Shown here in pieces: positions 1 to 8,031 of a stretch of 32,000 nucleotides of DNA. The notes below the pieces were generated by a model. The model ran no database searches. It worked only from the letters and a program-made list of their open reading frames with translations, and had not been told where the DNA came from. The position numbers were made by a program, and so were the translations under genes. Source of the DNA: Planctopirus limnophila DSM 3776 (lineage in GTDB: Bacteria > Planctomycetota > Planctomycetia > Planctomycetales > Planctomycetaceae); contig NC_014148.1 of assembly GCF_000092105.1 (NCBI RefSeq), forward strand, positions 4,500,001 to 4,532,000, given 5' to 3'. Position 1 is the stretch's first letter, and each line of letters starts with the position of its first letter.

Positions 1-1
1 A

Positions 2-922
2 ACGCAGGAGATTTTCTCGAAACTCGGGAAGCAGATCGCGGTGGCTGAAAAGACTTTGGCCGGGCTGGAAACGCAGCGAGTGAAACTTCCTTTCCGTCCG
101 GGACAGATTTCGCTCGACTTCAATCGAGATGGAAAAGTGGGTGATGACGAATCATTCTGGCAACTCCTTTCAGCAGTCAATCCGGCAATACGAGAGATTC
201 CTGCCGACAAGTTTCTCCTGCAGATTGATGAAGGGGATGCCGTCTGGTTGCGAGGGTATTGCCACTTCCTGATGGCGATCTGTGATCTTTCAGCTGCCTA
301 CAACACGAAGGAGATGTTTGAACGTGCTGGCCACATGATTTACGCCAAACCCGTGACGCCCTACCCCTGGAATCAGGAACCAGAACCCAACGAAAATGGC
401 AGCTTTTCCTTCTCTCGAATTGCTGACCTGATTGCGATGATTCATCTGGTGAATTTTGAAGTGGTCGATGCGAGCCGGATGGCCAGTGCGCATGCTCATC
501 TGTTGGAGATGGTGCGGTTGAGCCGGATCTGCTGGAAGCTTTATGAGGCTGAAACTGATGATGAAGCCGAGTGGATTCCGAATGATCGTCAGCAGAATGT
601 CGTCATTGGTTTGAGAGTCTCACGCGAGCAGATCACGGGCTGGCACAAAGCGCTGGATGAGATGGAGGCGATTCTGCTGGGGAAGAAGCTGATTCCGTTT
701 TGGCGCGGAAGCCTGGTCAATTCGAGTGGAGTGATGGGGCGGGGAGTGAATCTGGCCAAAGTGTTTCAAAAGCCAGAGCGTTTTGACATGGTGCTGTGGA
801 TATCAGGAACAGGGGCCGCTCCATTTATCGAAGAAGGGCCACTTTCGTCAGAGGCCAGCTGGAACGAATTGCAGCGAGTCTTTGGCGGGCAGTTCTTTGG
901 TTTTGCGGTATGGTTCAACTGA
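2..922 (+). CDS. Conserved hypothetical protein, 5' end probably outside the window
   Basis: ORF-track ORF 41..922 begins at a GTG. The same frame stays open back to base 2 (TQEIFSKLGKQIA precedes it), so the gene likely starts upstream of the window. Stop is TGA at 920-922. I recognise no domain. Confidence 0.7.
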   Translation, partial: TQEIFSKLGKQIAVAEKTLAGLETQRVKLPFRPGQISLDFNRDGKVGDDESFWQLLSAVNPAIREIPADKFLLQIDEGDAVWLRGYCHFLMAICDLSAAYNTKEMFERAGHMIYAKPVTPYPWNQEPEPNENGSFSFSRIADLIAMIHLVNFEVVDASRMASAHAHLLEMVRLSRICWKLYEAETDDEAEWIPNDRQQNVVIGLRVSREQITGWHKALDEMEAILLGKKLIPFWRGSLVNSSGVMGRGVNLAKVFQKPERFDMVLWISGTGAAPFIEEGPLSSEASWNELQRVFGGQFFGFAVWFN

Positions 923-925
923 TCT

Positions 926-1087
926 GCGTGGTTGGGGTCAAACGTCCTCGTTGGCCCCCAAGGTTATTGGACTCTCATTGCTGATTGCGAACGTGCTTGA
1001 AAGCCATGAAGGCATGTCACGGCTGCATTCGTGCTGGTGAACTCGATTGACCAGGGGGCGGATGAAGACATCCGACCCCTGCCACCC
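926..1087 (+). repeat. Family-1 MITE/REP-like element, copy A (about 160 nt, imperfect terminal inverted repeats)
   Basis: Starts GCGTGGTTGGGGTCAAACGTCCTCGTTGGCCCCC and ends TTGACCAGGGGGCGGATGAAGACATCCGACCCCTGCCACCC. The same ends occur at 21694-21853 (+) and 18092-18252 (-). It begins 4 nt after the stop of the upstream gene. Confidence 0.75.
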
Positions 1088-1203
1088 GGCAGTATGAAAA
1101 CGTGAAGTTGAAAAGCGTAAAGAACCACGCCCTTCCGCACTGTTTTGATTTTTGGGGCTCCAGGGTCGTGCCACACAGTGGCGTGTGAAGAGTAATGACA
1201 ACC

Positions 1204-1216
1204 GCAAGCATGGCAC
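1204..1216. repeat. Family-3 solo half-site GCAAGCATGGCAC
   Basis: Exact 13-mer also present at 13878-13890 and 21913-25, and as the right arm plus GCAC of the palindromes at 13840-52, 21894-906 and 23530-42. No complementary left arm is present here. Confidence 0.4.
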
Positions 1217-1252
1217 AGAGCATCACACATAGATACCCGGCAGGCGGACGAG

Positions 1253-1966
1253 CTACTTGCTGTGAGTATCATCCGAGAAGAGGCCAAAGCCGGCGATAAG
1301 GCCATCCTTCATAATGATCTGCTGCTTGGCTTTGCGTGCGACGGAGTTTTCGTGCGTCACCATGATGATCGTGCGGCCCTCGGCATTGAGTTCGCCCAGA
1401 AGCTGCATGATTTCCTGCTCGGTTGTCGAATCGAGATTTCCTGTCGGTTCGTCGGCGAGGATGATTTCGGGATCGTTGATGAGTGCGCGAGCAATCGCCA
1501 CACGCTGCTGCTGACCACCCGAAAGCTGGAATGGTCGATGATCAAGACGCTCGGCTAATCCCACACGTCCCGCCAGATCCAGACAACGATTCATATCGGA
1601 CGAACTGATAGTGCGCTGATGGGTGCGGTAGTGCAGAGGCACCTGAATGTTTTCGAGCACCGTGTATTGCGGGATCAGATTGTACGACTGAAAAATAAAG
1701 CCAATCAGCTTGTTACGAATTTCAGAGAGCTGATCGTCATCGAGTTCGCTGACATCGTGACCTGCGAGGATGTAATGTCCATCGGTAGGGCGGTCAAGAG
1801 CCCCCAGCAGGTTGAGCATGGTGCTTTTGCCGCTTCCGGAGGAACCCATGATGGCCACGTAATCGCCTTCGGGAAAATCGACAGAGACACCGCGCAAGGC
1901 CCGCACCAGGTGCTCGCCCAGTTGGTAAGTCTTGTGAATGTCAATTAATCGGGCGGCATACTTCAT
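1253..1966 (-). CDS. ABC transporter ATP-binding protein, MacB/LolD/FtsE-type stand-alone ATPase
   Basis: Walker A GSSGSGKST, Q-loop FIFQSYNL, ABC signature LSGGQQQRVAIARAL, Walker B ILADEPTGNLD and H-loop VTHE are all present. I place the start at the ATG at 1966 (MKYAARLIDIHKTY). The ORF-track extension to 2269 overlaps the upstream gene and looks non-coding. Confidence 0.9.
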   Translation of the reverse strand: MKYAARLIDIHKTYQLGEHLVRALRGVSVDFPEGDYVAIMGSSGSGKSTMLNLLGALDRPTDGHYILAGHDVSELDDDQLSEIRNKLIGFIFQSYNLIPQYTVLENIQVPLHYRTHQRTISSSDMNRCLDLAGRVGLAERLDHRPFQLSGGQQQRVAIARALINDPEIILADEPTGNLDSTTEQEIMQLLGELNAEGRTIIMVTHENSVARKAKQQIIMKDGLIAGFGLFSDDTHSK

Positions 1967-2039
1967 GCGGAAAGTTTTCGAAATCGTTGATGAATTGAAC
2001 CCTCTCCAGCGGATGCAAATCGCTGATCGATGGCGGGAG

Positions 2040-4217
2040 TTACTTCGTGGCGGCGGGCAAAGGCAGAGCGGGTGCCTGGCGATTTTCTGATGACGTCGCG
2101 CCGGCTTCCGCAGGTTTTGTCTCGACAGGAAAATCGGCAGGGCCACGTGTTCCCGCACTACCTTCATTCTGGGGACGGACCCGACCGGCGTCGAGCTGGG
2201 AAGCATCCGGACGCCCGCCTTGTGGTCGGCCAGATTCACCTGCACCAGGTTCACGACTGCCACGCTCACCGGGAATGCCAGGTCGACCCGGGATTATTGG
2301 GCTGGAACCATCGGCACCGTCTGGCCCACCGGGGCCGCGACGTTCACCACCCATACCTCGCGGGCCACCTGGACGGCGTGGGCCACCTTCGGCCGATTGT
2401 TCCGCTTCCTTTTTCGCGAGTTCATTCTCGAGCTGACCCACTTCTTTGGCGAAGAGGGTTCGAGGATTCATGACCACTTTCTCGCCATCGGCCAGACCTT
2501 CTTTAATCTCGATCTGACGTTCGTTGGTGCGACCAATTCTCACCGTTCGCCGCTCGTACTTATCGCCACTTCGTACCCAGGCGTATTGATCGCGACCAAT
2601 CGTCACGATGGCCTGGACGGGAGCCAGAAGCACATCGCTCAGTTCAGCCACAATGATCTCGATGTTGGCGGAGAGGCCGGGCCTCAGCTTGTTCACCTTT
2701 TCGACGGCATCGGTCAGTCGCACGCTGGCTTCGTATTCTTTCACGTCGCCACGAGAGAACGAACTGTTCGACAGTGGAACTGAAGAAACAGTATCGACCA
2801 CACCGGCAAAGACTTCGCCAGCATAGGCATCGATGCGTACCCGTACGGGCAGACCTGTCTTGATGAGGCTGATACGGCTTTCGTGAATCCGGGCATTGAC
2901 CTTCATCGCATCGTAATCAGGCAGGTTGATAATCGCCTGTCGTTCACGAACCACAGCCCCTTCTTCGATCACGGGAGCATCCGAACGCCGGGGATCACGG
3001 GCATTGGCCCAGACGACCTGCCCATCCTGCGGCGCACGGATCGTGCAGGCTTCAATCTGCTTCACGATACGTTCGTACTTGTCCTTCTCGACCTTGAATG
3101 TCAGTTCGCACTTCGAAAGTTCGGCCTGCTTCTGAGAAAGTGCGGCCACAGACTTTCGCTTCACGCGTTGAATTTCCCGCTCAAACTCTTTGGCATTGGC
3201 CTGCAATTCTTCGAGCGTGCGCACATAGGTGAAATCTTTAAGCACCTTGAGCTTTTCTTCGGCCACCTTCAAATCGATCTCGGCTTTTGTCACGGCAATC
3301 CGTTCGGCTTCGAGATCGTTCTGACTGCGGTAGCCTTTCTGGGCCATTCGCTTCACGAATGCTTGCGACTCTTCCGCACGCGAAAGGTTTTCTCGCGCCA
3401 GAGTCACTGCTCCGGAAAGCTCATTGACCTGTTGTAAAAACTCGCCTTCTTCAAACTTGCGCAGATCGAGAAGTGCCAGCGAGAGCTTCAGTTCGGCAGC
3501 CGCCACATCGCTCTCGTTCTGAGTCTTCTGAATCTCGACATTTTCCTGGGCTTGTGAAAGCAGCGCTTCGGCCTGCGTGAGACTGATCTTTTGTGTGGTT
3601 TCGCGATCCACCAGAGCCGAAGCATCCAGTTCGCAGACGATATCCCCTTCCTTTACGAAGGTGCCTTCGGGGACAATGCTGATGATTGTTGTCGAGCCTT
3701 CGACCTGGCAAGTGAGGATGGCATTGCGGGCACTGTCGAGTGTCCCCGTTTCCGTCACTGTCACCTGCATATCGCCTTTGCGAACGGGAGTGGTCATCAC
3801 TCCGTCTTCGGCTTCATCAGGGGCGGCTTTGATCATCCCGAACTGTGGGAACGCGAGGGCGCCACCCACTCCGGCTGCCAGCAGGAGTGTCAGTGCGATC
3901 CATTTGCCCCAGCCCCCTTTGCGCTTCTTGGCCAGTTCCCGTTTGGGTGCTTCGACTGTCGAAGACCGGATGGGAGTTGCTGGCGCTGCGGGAGGGTTCT
4001 TCGAAGCGGACTTGCTGGATGGCACCAGAGTTTCGCTGGTCAAAGCTGCTGTCCGCTGTGGAGCCGTTTCCGTATCCACTGACCGCGGCGACGACGCCGG
4101 GTGCAGGGAGGCTGATTCGCCCAGTTCGAACGCGGGAACTTCGCTCCCGCTGGAGGAGCTCTTCAGTTCCCACGGAGACGAGGAGTGCGGCTGTTGGGGG
4201 GAGGCTGGCGGTGTCAT
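2040..4217 (-). CDS. HlyD-family membrane fusion (periplasmic adaptor) protein with disordered N-terminus, one TM helix and a Gly/Pro/Arg-rich C-terminal tail
   Basis: TM anchor is WIALTLLLAAGVGGALAF. It is followed by a lipoyl/barrel segment (TGTLDSARNAILTCQVEG...GDIVCELD), a long coiled coil and a C-terminal beta-barrel (IRAPQDGQVVW, LRPGLSANIEI). The only ATG upstream of the TM segment is at 4217. A GTG further in is possible, so the start is uncertain. Confidence 0.85.
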   Translation of the reverse strand: MTPPASPQQPHSSSPWELKSSSSGSEVPAFELGESASLHPASSPRSVDTETAPQRTAALTSETLVPSSKSASKNPPAAPATPIRSSTVEAPKRELAKKRKGGWGKWIALTLLLAAGVGGALAFPQFGMIKAAPDEAEDGVMTTPVRKGDMQVTVTETGTLDSARNAILTCQVEGSTTIISIVPEGTFVKEGDIVCELDASALVDRETTQKISLTQAEALLSQAQENVEIQKTQNESDVAAAELKLSLALLDLRKFEEGEFLQQVNELSGAVTLARENLSRAEESQAFVKRMAQKGYRSQNDLEAERIAVTKAEIDLKVAEEKLKVLKDFTYVRTLEELQANAKEFEREIQRVKRKSVAALSQKQAELSKCELTFKVEKDKYERIVKQIEACTIRAPQDGQVVWANARDPRRSDAPVIEEGAVVRERQAIINLPDYDAMKVNARIHESRISLIKTGLPVRVRIDAYAGEVFAGVVDTVSSVPLSNSSFSRGDVKEYEASVRLTDAVEKVNKLRPGLSANIEIIVAELSDVLLAPVQAIVTIGRDQYAWVRSGDKYERRTVRIGRTNERQIEIKEGLADGEKVVMNPRTLFAKEVGQLENELAKKEAEQSAEGGPRRPGGPRGMGGERRGPGGPDGADGSSPIIPGRPGIPGERGSREPGAGESGRPQGGRPDASQLDAGRVRPQNEGSAGTRGPADFPVETKPAEAGATSSENRQAPALPLPAATK

Positions 4218-7200
4218 AGGCGGGCTCGTTGTTATCAGATGCGGCAGGAGATGTCCGGTTCTGGTAGATATCGTCTATCCAGATTCCCCGTTCATCCACC
4301 TGCATGATATCCATGTCACGGTAAATGTTAATGCGATTCCGTTCGTAATCGACCCAGATTCCAATCAAGTCGTTCTGAGCACCCAGAATCGCATTCAAGG
4401 CATTCAGCAGGTTCAAACCTGTATTTCCGCCCTGATTGGTACGACCGGCATTCCCGGCGGCAGCCGCATTCGTCGGAGCGTTATTGTTCTCAATAGCAAG
4501 ATCGAGCTGCATGGCCGAAAAACGGAGTGTTTGCCGGGCTGTTTCGAAGTTTTGCCTCAAAACAGAGAGTTGCCGCCACTCGGCACGAACATCAGCTTTC
4601 ACATCGTCTTCCAGAGCCATGTACGCACGACGGGCTCTCTGATAATTAATCTGCGATTCGCGATAATTGTTCCGCTCAATAATTTGATCGAGCGGCGCAG
4701 TAACCTGAACACCCGCGCGGTACTGGCTGTTTGTTCCTCGAAAATCGAACGGTTTATTCCCGCCAGATGTTCCAACATCTCCTTCTGCCACCAGATTGAC
4801 CTGAGCCTGGAGGCGGTTGGCAGCCACTTCCATCTGCCGCCGGCTGTCGACCACAAAGGCTCGCTGGTTCATGAGATCGAGCCGGTTCTCCATGGCCAGT
4901 TCGACCACCTGATCAAATGCCAGGTCGAAATCGGCCAGCTTGATCAGCTCCACTCTTAAACCCAGTTGAACCACTTTCAGACTCTGTGTCACCTGTAATA
5001 AATCTTCGCGGCAGTTCTTAATTTCAAAAACCGCATCCCGCCATTGTGCAGGTGTCCACGGAGTATTGGCTGGTCGGCTGCGGACAATATCAATACGTTC
5101 TCGAATACCGGCGAAATCTTTCAGTTGTGAGGCAAAAATCTGAGCGTCGCGCTCCAGGTTCTTGCGGTATTGTTCCCGTTGATTCAGCGTCGGCAAATGA
5201 GCCAGTCGATAAGCCTCGTTCGCTGCCACACGTTCAAAATCGATGCGAACCGTCTCTAAGCTGTCTTTCTCAATCCGATCCATCATCTCATCGAAGAGGC
5301 TGGTGACGCGTTCCAGCGTGGCCACATCAACGACGGAATCATCCAGCAGGCTGACATCATTCACGAAAGCGATCACTTCGTTTTCGCGGGCATTCAGCAG
5401 AGGATCAATCAACTCGAACTGTTTGAGAATATCGGTCTTGATCGAGATCTGGAAATCGGTCGGAACGCCGAGCTGCAGCTTGAACTGATCAAGATTGTCC
5501 TGAAAGGAACGCTCTGCCGACCGAAGTGCGTTTTCGGAGTTCGCCAATCGGGTGACGAGCTGTGCGATATCGAGGCTGATGGTTTCGGTCTCGAGCTGAC
5601 GGTAGGCATTGTTGATCGCTTCACGCCAGGCAGTACTGGTGGAGAGTGCCATCAGCCGATCACGCATTTCGGCAGTCATCGGGCCGCGCCAGCCCACTTC
5701 TAATCGAGCCGGGTTCAACACGAGCTGTGCTGCAAACTCAGCGGGGGGATTGAGATCGACAGGGAACGGTTCAACGCGTTGCAAAAAGACCTGAGGCTTG
5801 GCCGAGTTCAAAGCCCGCAATCGTTCGACCTGCACAATCAACGCCTGAATGTTGTCTTTCTGGTTACGCACCTGCTGATACTGACGCAAGAGCCCCAGAA
5901 AGCCGCCACCCGGCCCGTTGATGACCGTATCGCTGAAGAAGATCTTCCGATAGCGCGCCAGAGTTCGGACAGAATAGAGCACCTGACGTTCCTGCTGCGT
6001 CAGGTTTTCCATGACCACTTTTCGACCAGCACCCAGAAGTAGAGGCTGCACCAGCGAATAACTCAACACCGAGACGCTGGCTGTCTGATTAGGCCCCGAG
6101 AACAGCCACAACGTATTGTTCGTTAACTCAGCCACCCACTGGCCCCCGGTGGGGAGCAACTGGCTGACTCCAAATCGCCCGTTCATCGCGAGATTATTGG
6201 GCCCGCCCGGCGTGTTGCGATACTCCAGCCCACCATTCGGTTCACCACTGAAGCCCAGATAGCGCACGTTGAACTGGAACTGCTGAAATGTCAGATCCAG
6301 TGCCGCCAGATAAACATCTTCAATAATCGACTGGTACGTGCGGTTATTCAGATTCGCCAGTTCAATCGCCTGCTCCAGAGTGAGTCGATCAATGGTCGGA
6401 ACCTGCCGGCCGGTCGTGATGGGATCATCTGTGTTCTGAGCGACCTGACCATCAGCATTGGCTCCCGGCAACATGGCGGGCATGTTCCCCTCGTTCGCTG
6501 CAGGTGCAGCACCAGGAACTTCCGGGAACGGGTCAGCATTGGGAACTGGTGGCACAGGTGGTGGTGGCAATTCCGCCCCGCCCTGAGCCACTTCCATCAC
6601 TTCGTGATTCACCAGTTGAATCGCTGACTTTTGTGTCGTTGCTTTCGATCCTGCACCCAGCGCTGCGATTTGACTGCTTGCTGGCGAGCCCTGGGCTGAT
6701 TGTCCAGGTGTCATGCCATTAGGAGCATTCATCGGGAGCGGGCCGGGTGTCTCTTCATCGAGCACATCAGCCGCCTGCTTTTCCGTGGCCAGAAACTCAT
6801 TGCTCTTCCCGGGAATCATCTCCGGTGAGAAGCCAAAGTTTGCCAGCCATTGCGGGTTTTCGACGGTGAGCGATTCACCCAGCTTGTGCCAGCTTTTGTA
6901 GCCATTCCAACCACTGGCGCGCACCATGTACTGCGCAGCCGCAGGATCATCGGGCGGCAACGGCTCATGATCCGGGTCAAATGGATCAAAAAACCGGCTG
7001 CGAGGATCAGCTTCCACAGTCACTCGCGGCAGATCCCAGCGCGGATCGCGCGTCTTCTTGAGAACTTCGTTGTAAGTGTCGAAATCGGCCTGAGTCCGCC
7101 AGTAGTTTCGCGAGCAGCCTGTGCACAGACTTACCAACAGCGCTGAACTGAGCACTGCGACAATGGCGGCGCGTGTCGAAAGCCCTGCTGTTCGCGCGGG

Positions 7201-7236
7201 ACGAGGCCCGTATTTTGCTCGCGACTTGCTAGACAT
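3817..7236 (-). CDS. Oversized TolC-like outer membrane efflux protein (1139 aa), probable lipoprotein
   Basis: Two TolC/OEP repeats are recognisable (LTLEQAIELANLNNRTYQS ... SLVQPLLLGAGRKV, and FDQVVELAMENRLDLMNQRAF ... GVQVTAPLDQIIERNNY). N-terminal signal ends in LLVSLCTGCS. Its ATG shares one base with the MarR stop (TGATG at 7236). The last ~130 codons overlap the HlyD-like gene out of frame. Confidence 0.85.
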   Translation of the reverse strand: MSSKSRAKYGPRPARTAGLSTRAAIVAVLSSALLVSLCTGCSRNYWRTQADFDTYNEVLKKTRDPRWDLPRVTVEADPRSRFFDPFDPDHEPLPPDDPAAAQYMVRASGWNGYKSWHKLGESLTVENPQWLANFGFSPEMIPGKSNEFLATEKQAADVLDEETPGPLPMNAPNGMTPGQSAQGSPASSQIAALGAGSKATTQKSAIQLVNHEVMEVAQGGAELPPPPVPPVPNADPFPEVPGAAPAANEGNMPAMLPGANADGQVAQNTDDPITTGRQVPTIDRLTLEQAIELANLNNRTYQSIIEDVYLAALDLTFQQFQFNVRYLGFSGEPNGGLEYRNTPGGPNNLAMNGRFGVSQLLPTGGQWVAELTNNTLWLFSGPNQTASVSVLSYSLVQPLLLGAGRKVVMENLTQQERQVLYSVRTLARYRKIFFSDTVINGPGGGFLGLLRQYQQVRNQKDNIQALIVQVERLRALNSAKPQVFLQRVEPFPVDLNPPAEFAAQLVLNPARLEVGWRGPMTAEMRDRLMALSTSTAWREAINNAYRQLETETISLDIAQLVTRLANSENALRSAERSFQDNLDQFKLQLGVPTDFQISIKTDILKQFELIDPLLNARENEVIAFVNDVSLLDDSVVDVATLERVTSLFDEMMDRIEKDSLETVRIDFERVAANEAYRLAHLPTLNQREQYRKNLERDAQIFASQLKDFAGIRERIDIVRSRPANTPWTPAQWRDAVFEIKNCREDLLQVTQSLKVVQLGLRVELIKLADFDLAFDQVVELAMENRLDLMNQRAFVVDSRRQMEVAANRLQAQVNLVAEGDVGTSGGNKPFDFRGTNSQYRAGVQVTAPLDQIIERNNYRESQINYQRARRAYMALEDDVKADVRAEWRQLSVLRQNFETARQTLRFSAMQLDLAIENNNAPTNAAAAGNAGRTNQGGNTGLNLLNALNAILGAQNDLIGIWVDYERNRINIYRDMDIMQVDERGIWIDDIYQNRTSPAASDNNEPAYDTASLPPTAALLVSVGTEELLQRERSSRVRTGRISLPAPGVVAAVSGYGNGSTADSSFDQRNSGAIQQVRFEEPSRSASNSHPVFDSRSTQTGTGQEAQRGLGQMDRTDTPAGSRSGWRPRVPTVRDDQSRP

Positions 7237-7715
7237 CAGGAAGCCTCCCGTCGCCAGAATCTGGCTGCTGGAAGTGCAGGAACTTCTTCAGGACGCACTT
7301 CTCTCAGAATCGACTTCAGCCAGACGCCCAGTTGGATTTTTCGATCTTCCCCCAGACTGCGGAAGCACGATTCGGCCCACCGCTGACGGACATGCTCGAC
7401 CACGTTCCACAGTTCGAGCCCAGCCGGTGTCAGACAGAGTAATCGTTTGCGGCGATCACCCTTGGGTGTAATGCGTTCGAGAATGCCGTCGGCCTGCAAT
7501 CGATCGACCAGCATCGAGATGTTCGATTCCGACTGCATGAGCAGCCGGGCCAGTTCTGTTTGCAGGAGCCCATCGGGATGGCGATCCACCAGCAGCTTCA
7601 TCAGCCCATGGCGGGCCTCAGTCATGTTCCATTCGCCGAGTTGAGAATCCAGCTCCATTTTCAACACATGCGATGTGCGAAAGAGCAGCTCCAGCACTTG
7701 ATCTGCCGAGAGCAT
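7236..7715 (-). CDS. MarR-family transcriptional regulator
   Basis: Winged-helix region LLQTELARLLMQSESNISMLVDRLQADGILERITPKGDRRKRLLCLTPAG. I prefer the ATG at 7715 (MLSADQVLELL). The ORF-track start at 7808 is a TTG. Confidence 0.85.
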   Translation of the reverse strand: MLSADQVLELLFRTSHVLKMELDSQLGEWNMTEARHGLMKLLVDRHPDGLLQTELARLLMQSESNISMLVDRLQADGILERITPKGDRRKRLLCLTPAGLELWNVVEHVRQRWAESCFRSLGEDRKIQLGVWLKSILREVRPEEVPALPAARFWRREAS

Positions 7716-7743
7716 GGGAGTGATCGGGAGATGTTCCACGGGA

Positions 7744-7772
7744 CAATTTCCATTTGCAGAGCAGGCAAATTG
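7744..7772. promoter_or_regulatory. Dyad-symmetric candidate MarR operator
   Basis: CAATTTCCATTTGCAGAGCAGGCAAATTG has outer arms CAATTT/AAATTG and inner arms ATTTGC/GCAAAT. It lies 29-57 nt upstream of the preferred MarR ATG. Confidence 0.25.
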
Positions 7773-8031
7773 ACCACCTCGGCAGTTTTTGCCGTACGCT
7801 GCGATCAATGCCCTTCAGCCCTTAACATTTCGGCCCCCAACCCTTCGTAACTGAAGGAAAATCGAGCGCAATCGGTACTCTCGACCAGCCGTGCTTGATT
7901 CGATCTGCCAATTCGGCCACAACAACAGCTTCAACAGCACCGTTTTTTGTGTGTTGCCGATTCAGAAAATTCAGCCGGTTCGGTGTACGATATCTTTGCA
8001 GTACACCCATGCCCGTTCGGAAAGCTTTACT

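Noticed and set aside
1967-2269. N-terminal extensions offered by the ORF track: ABC ATPase to 2269, glnS from 7891, sodA from 20899, sulfatase from 25286, MarR to 7808 and the 127-aa gene from 11203.
   Set aside because: The extensions overlap neighbouring genes or use TTG/GTG starts. The family-typical N-termini begin at internal ATGs, several of them preceded by SD-like sequences.
3577-4959. A 460-aa plus-strand ORF. Other long antisense ORFs of the same kind are 7822..9612 (-), 16189..17028 (-), 20701..21483 (-), 23657..24412 (+), 13788..14351 (+), 2220..2783 (+) and 2883..3437 (+).
   Set aside because: Each lies entirely antisense to a gene with clear family motifs (TolC/HlyD, glnS, glgP, sodA, sigma factor, DUF1559). 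Their translations are R/S/G/H-rich with no recognisable motifs. This is typical of fortuitously open frames in moderately GC-rich DNA.
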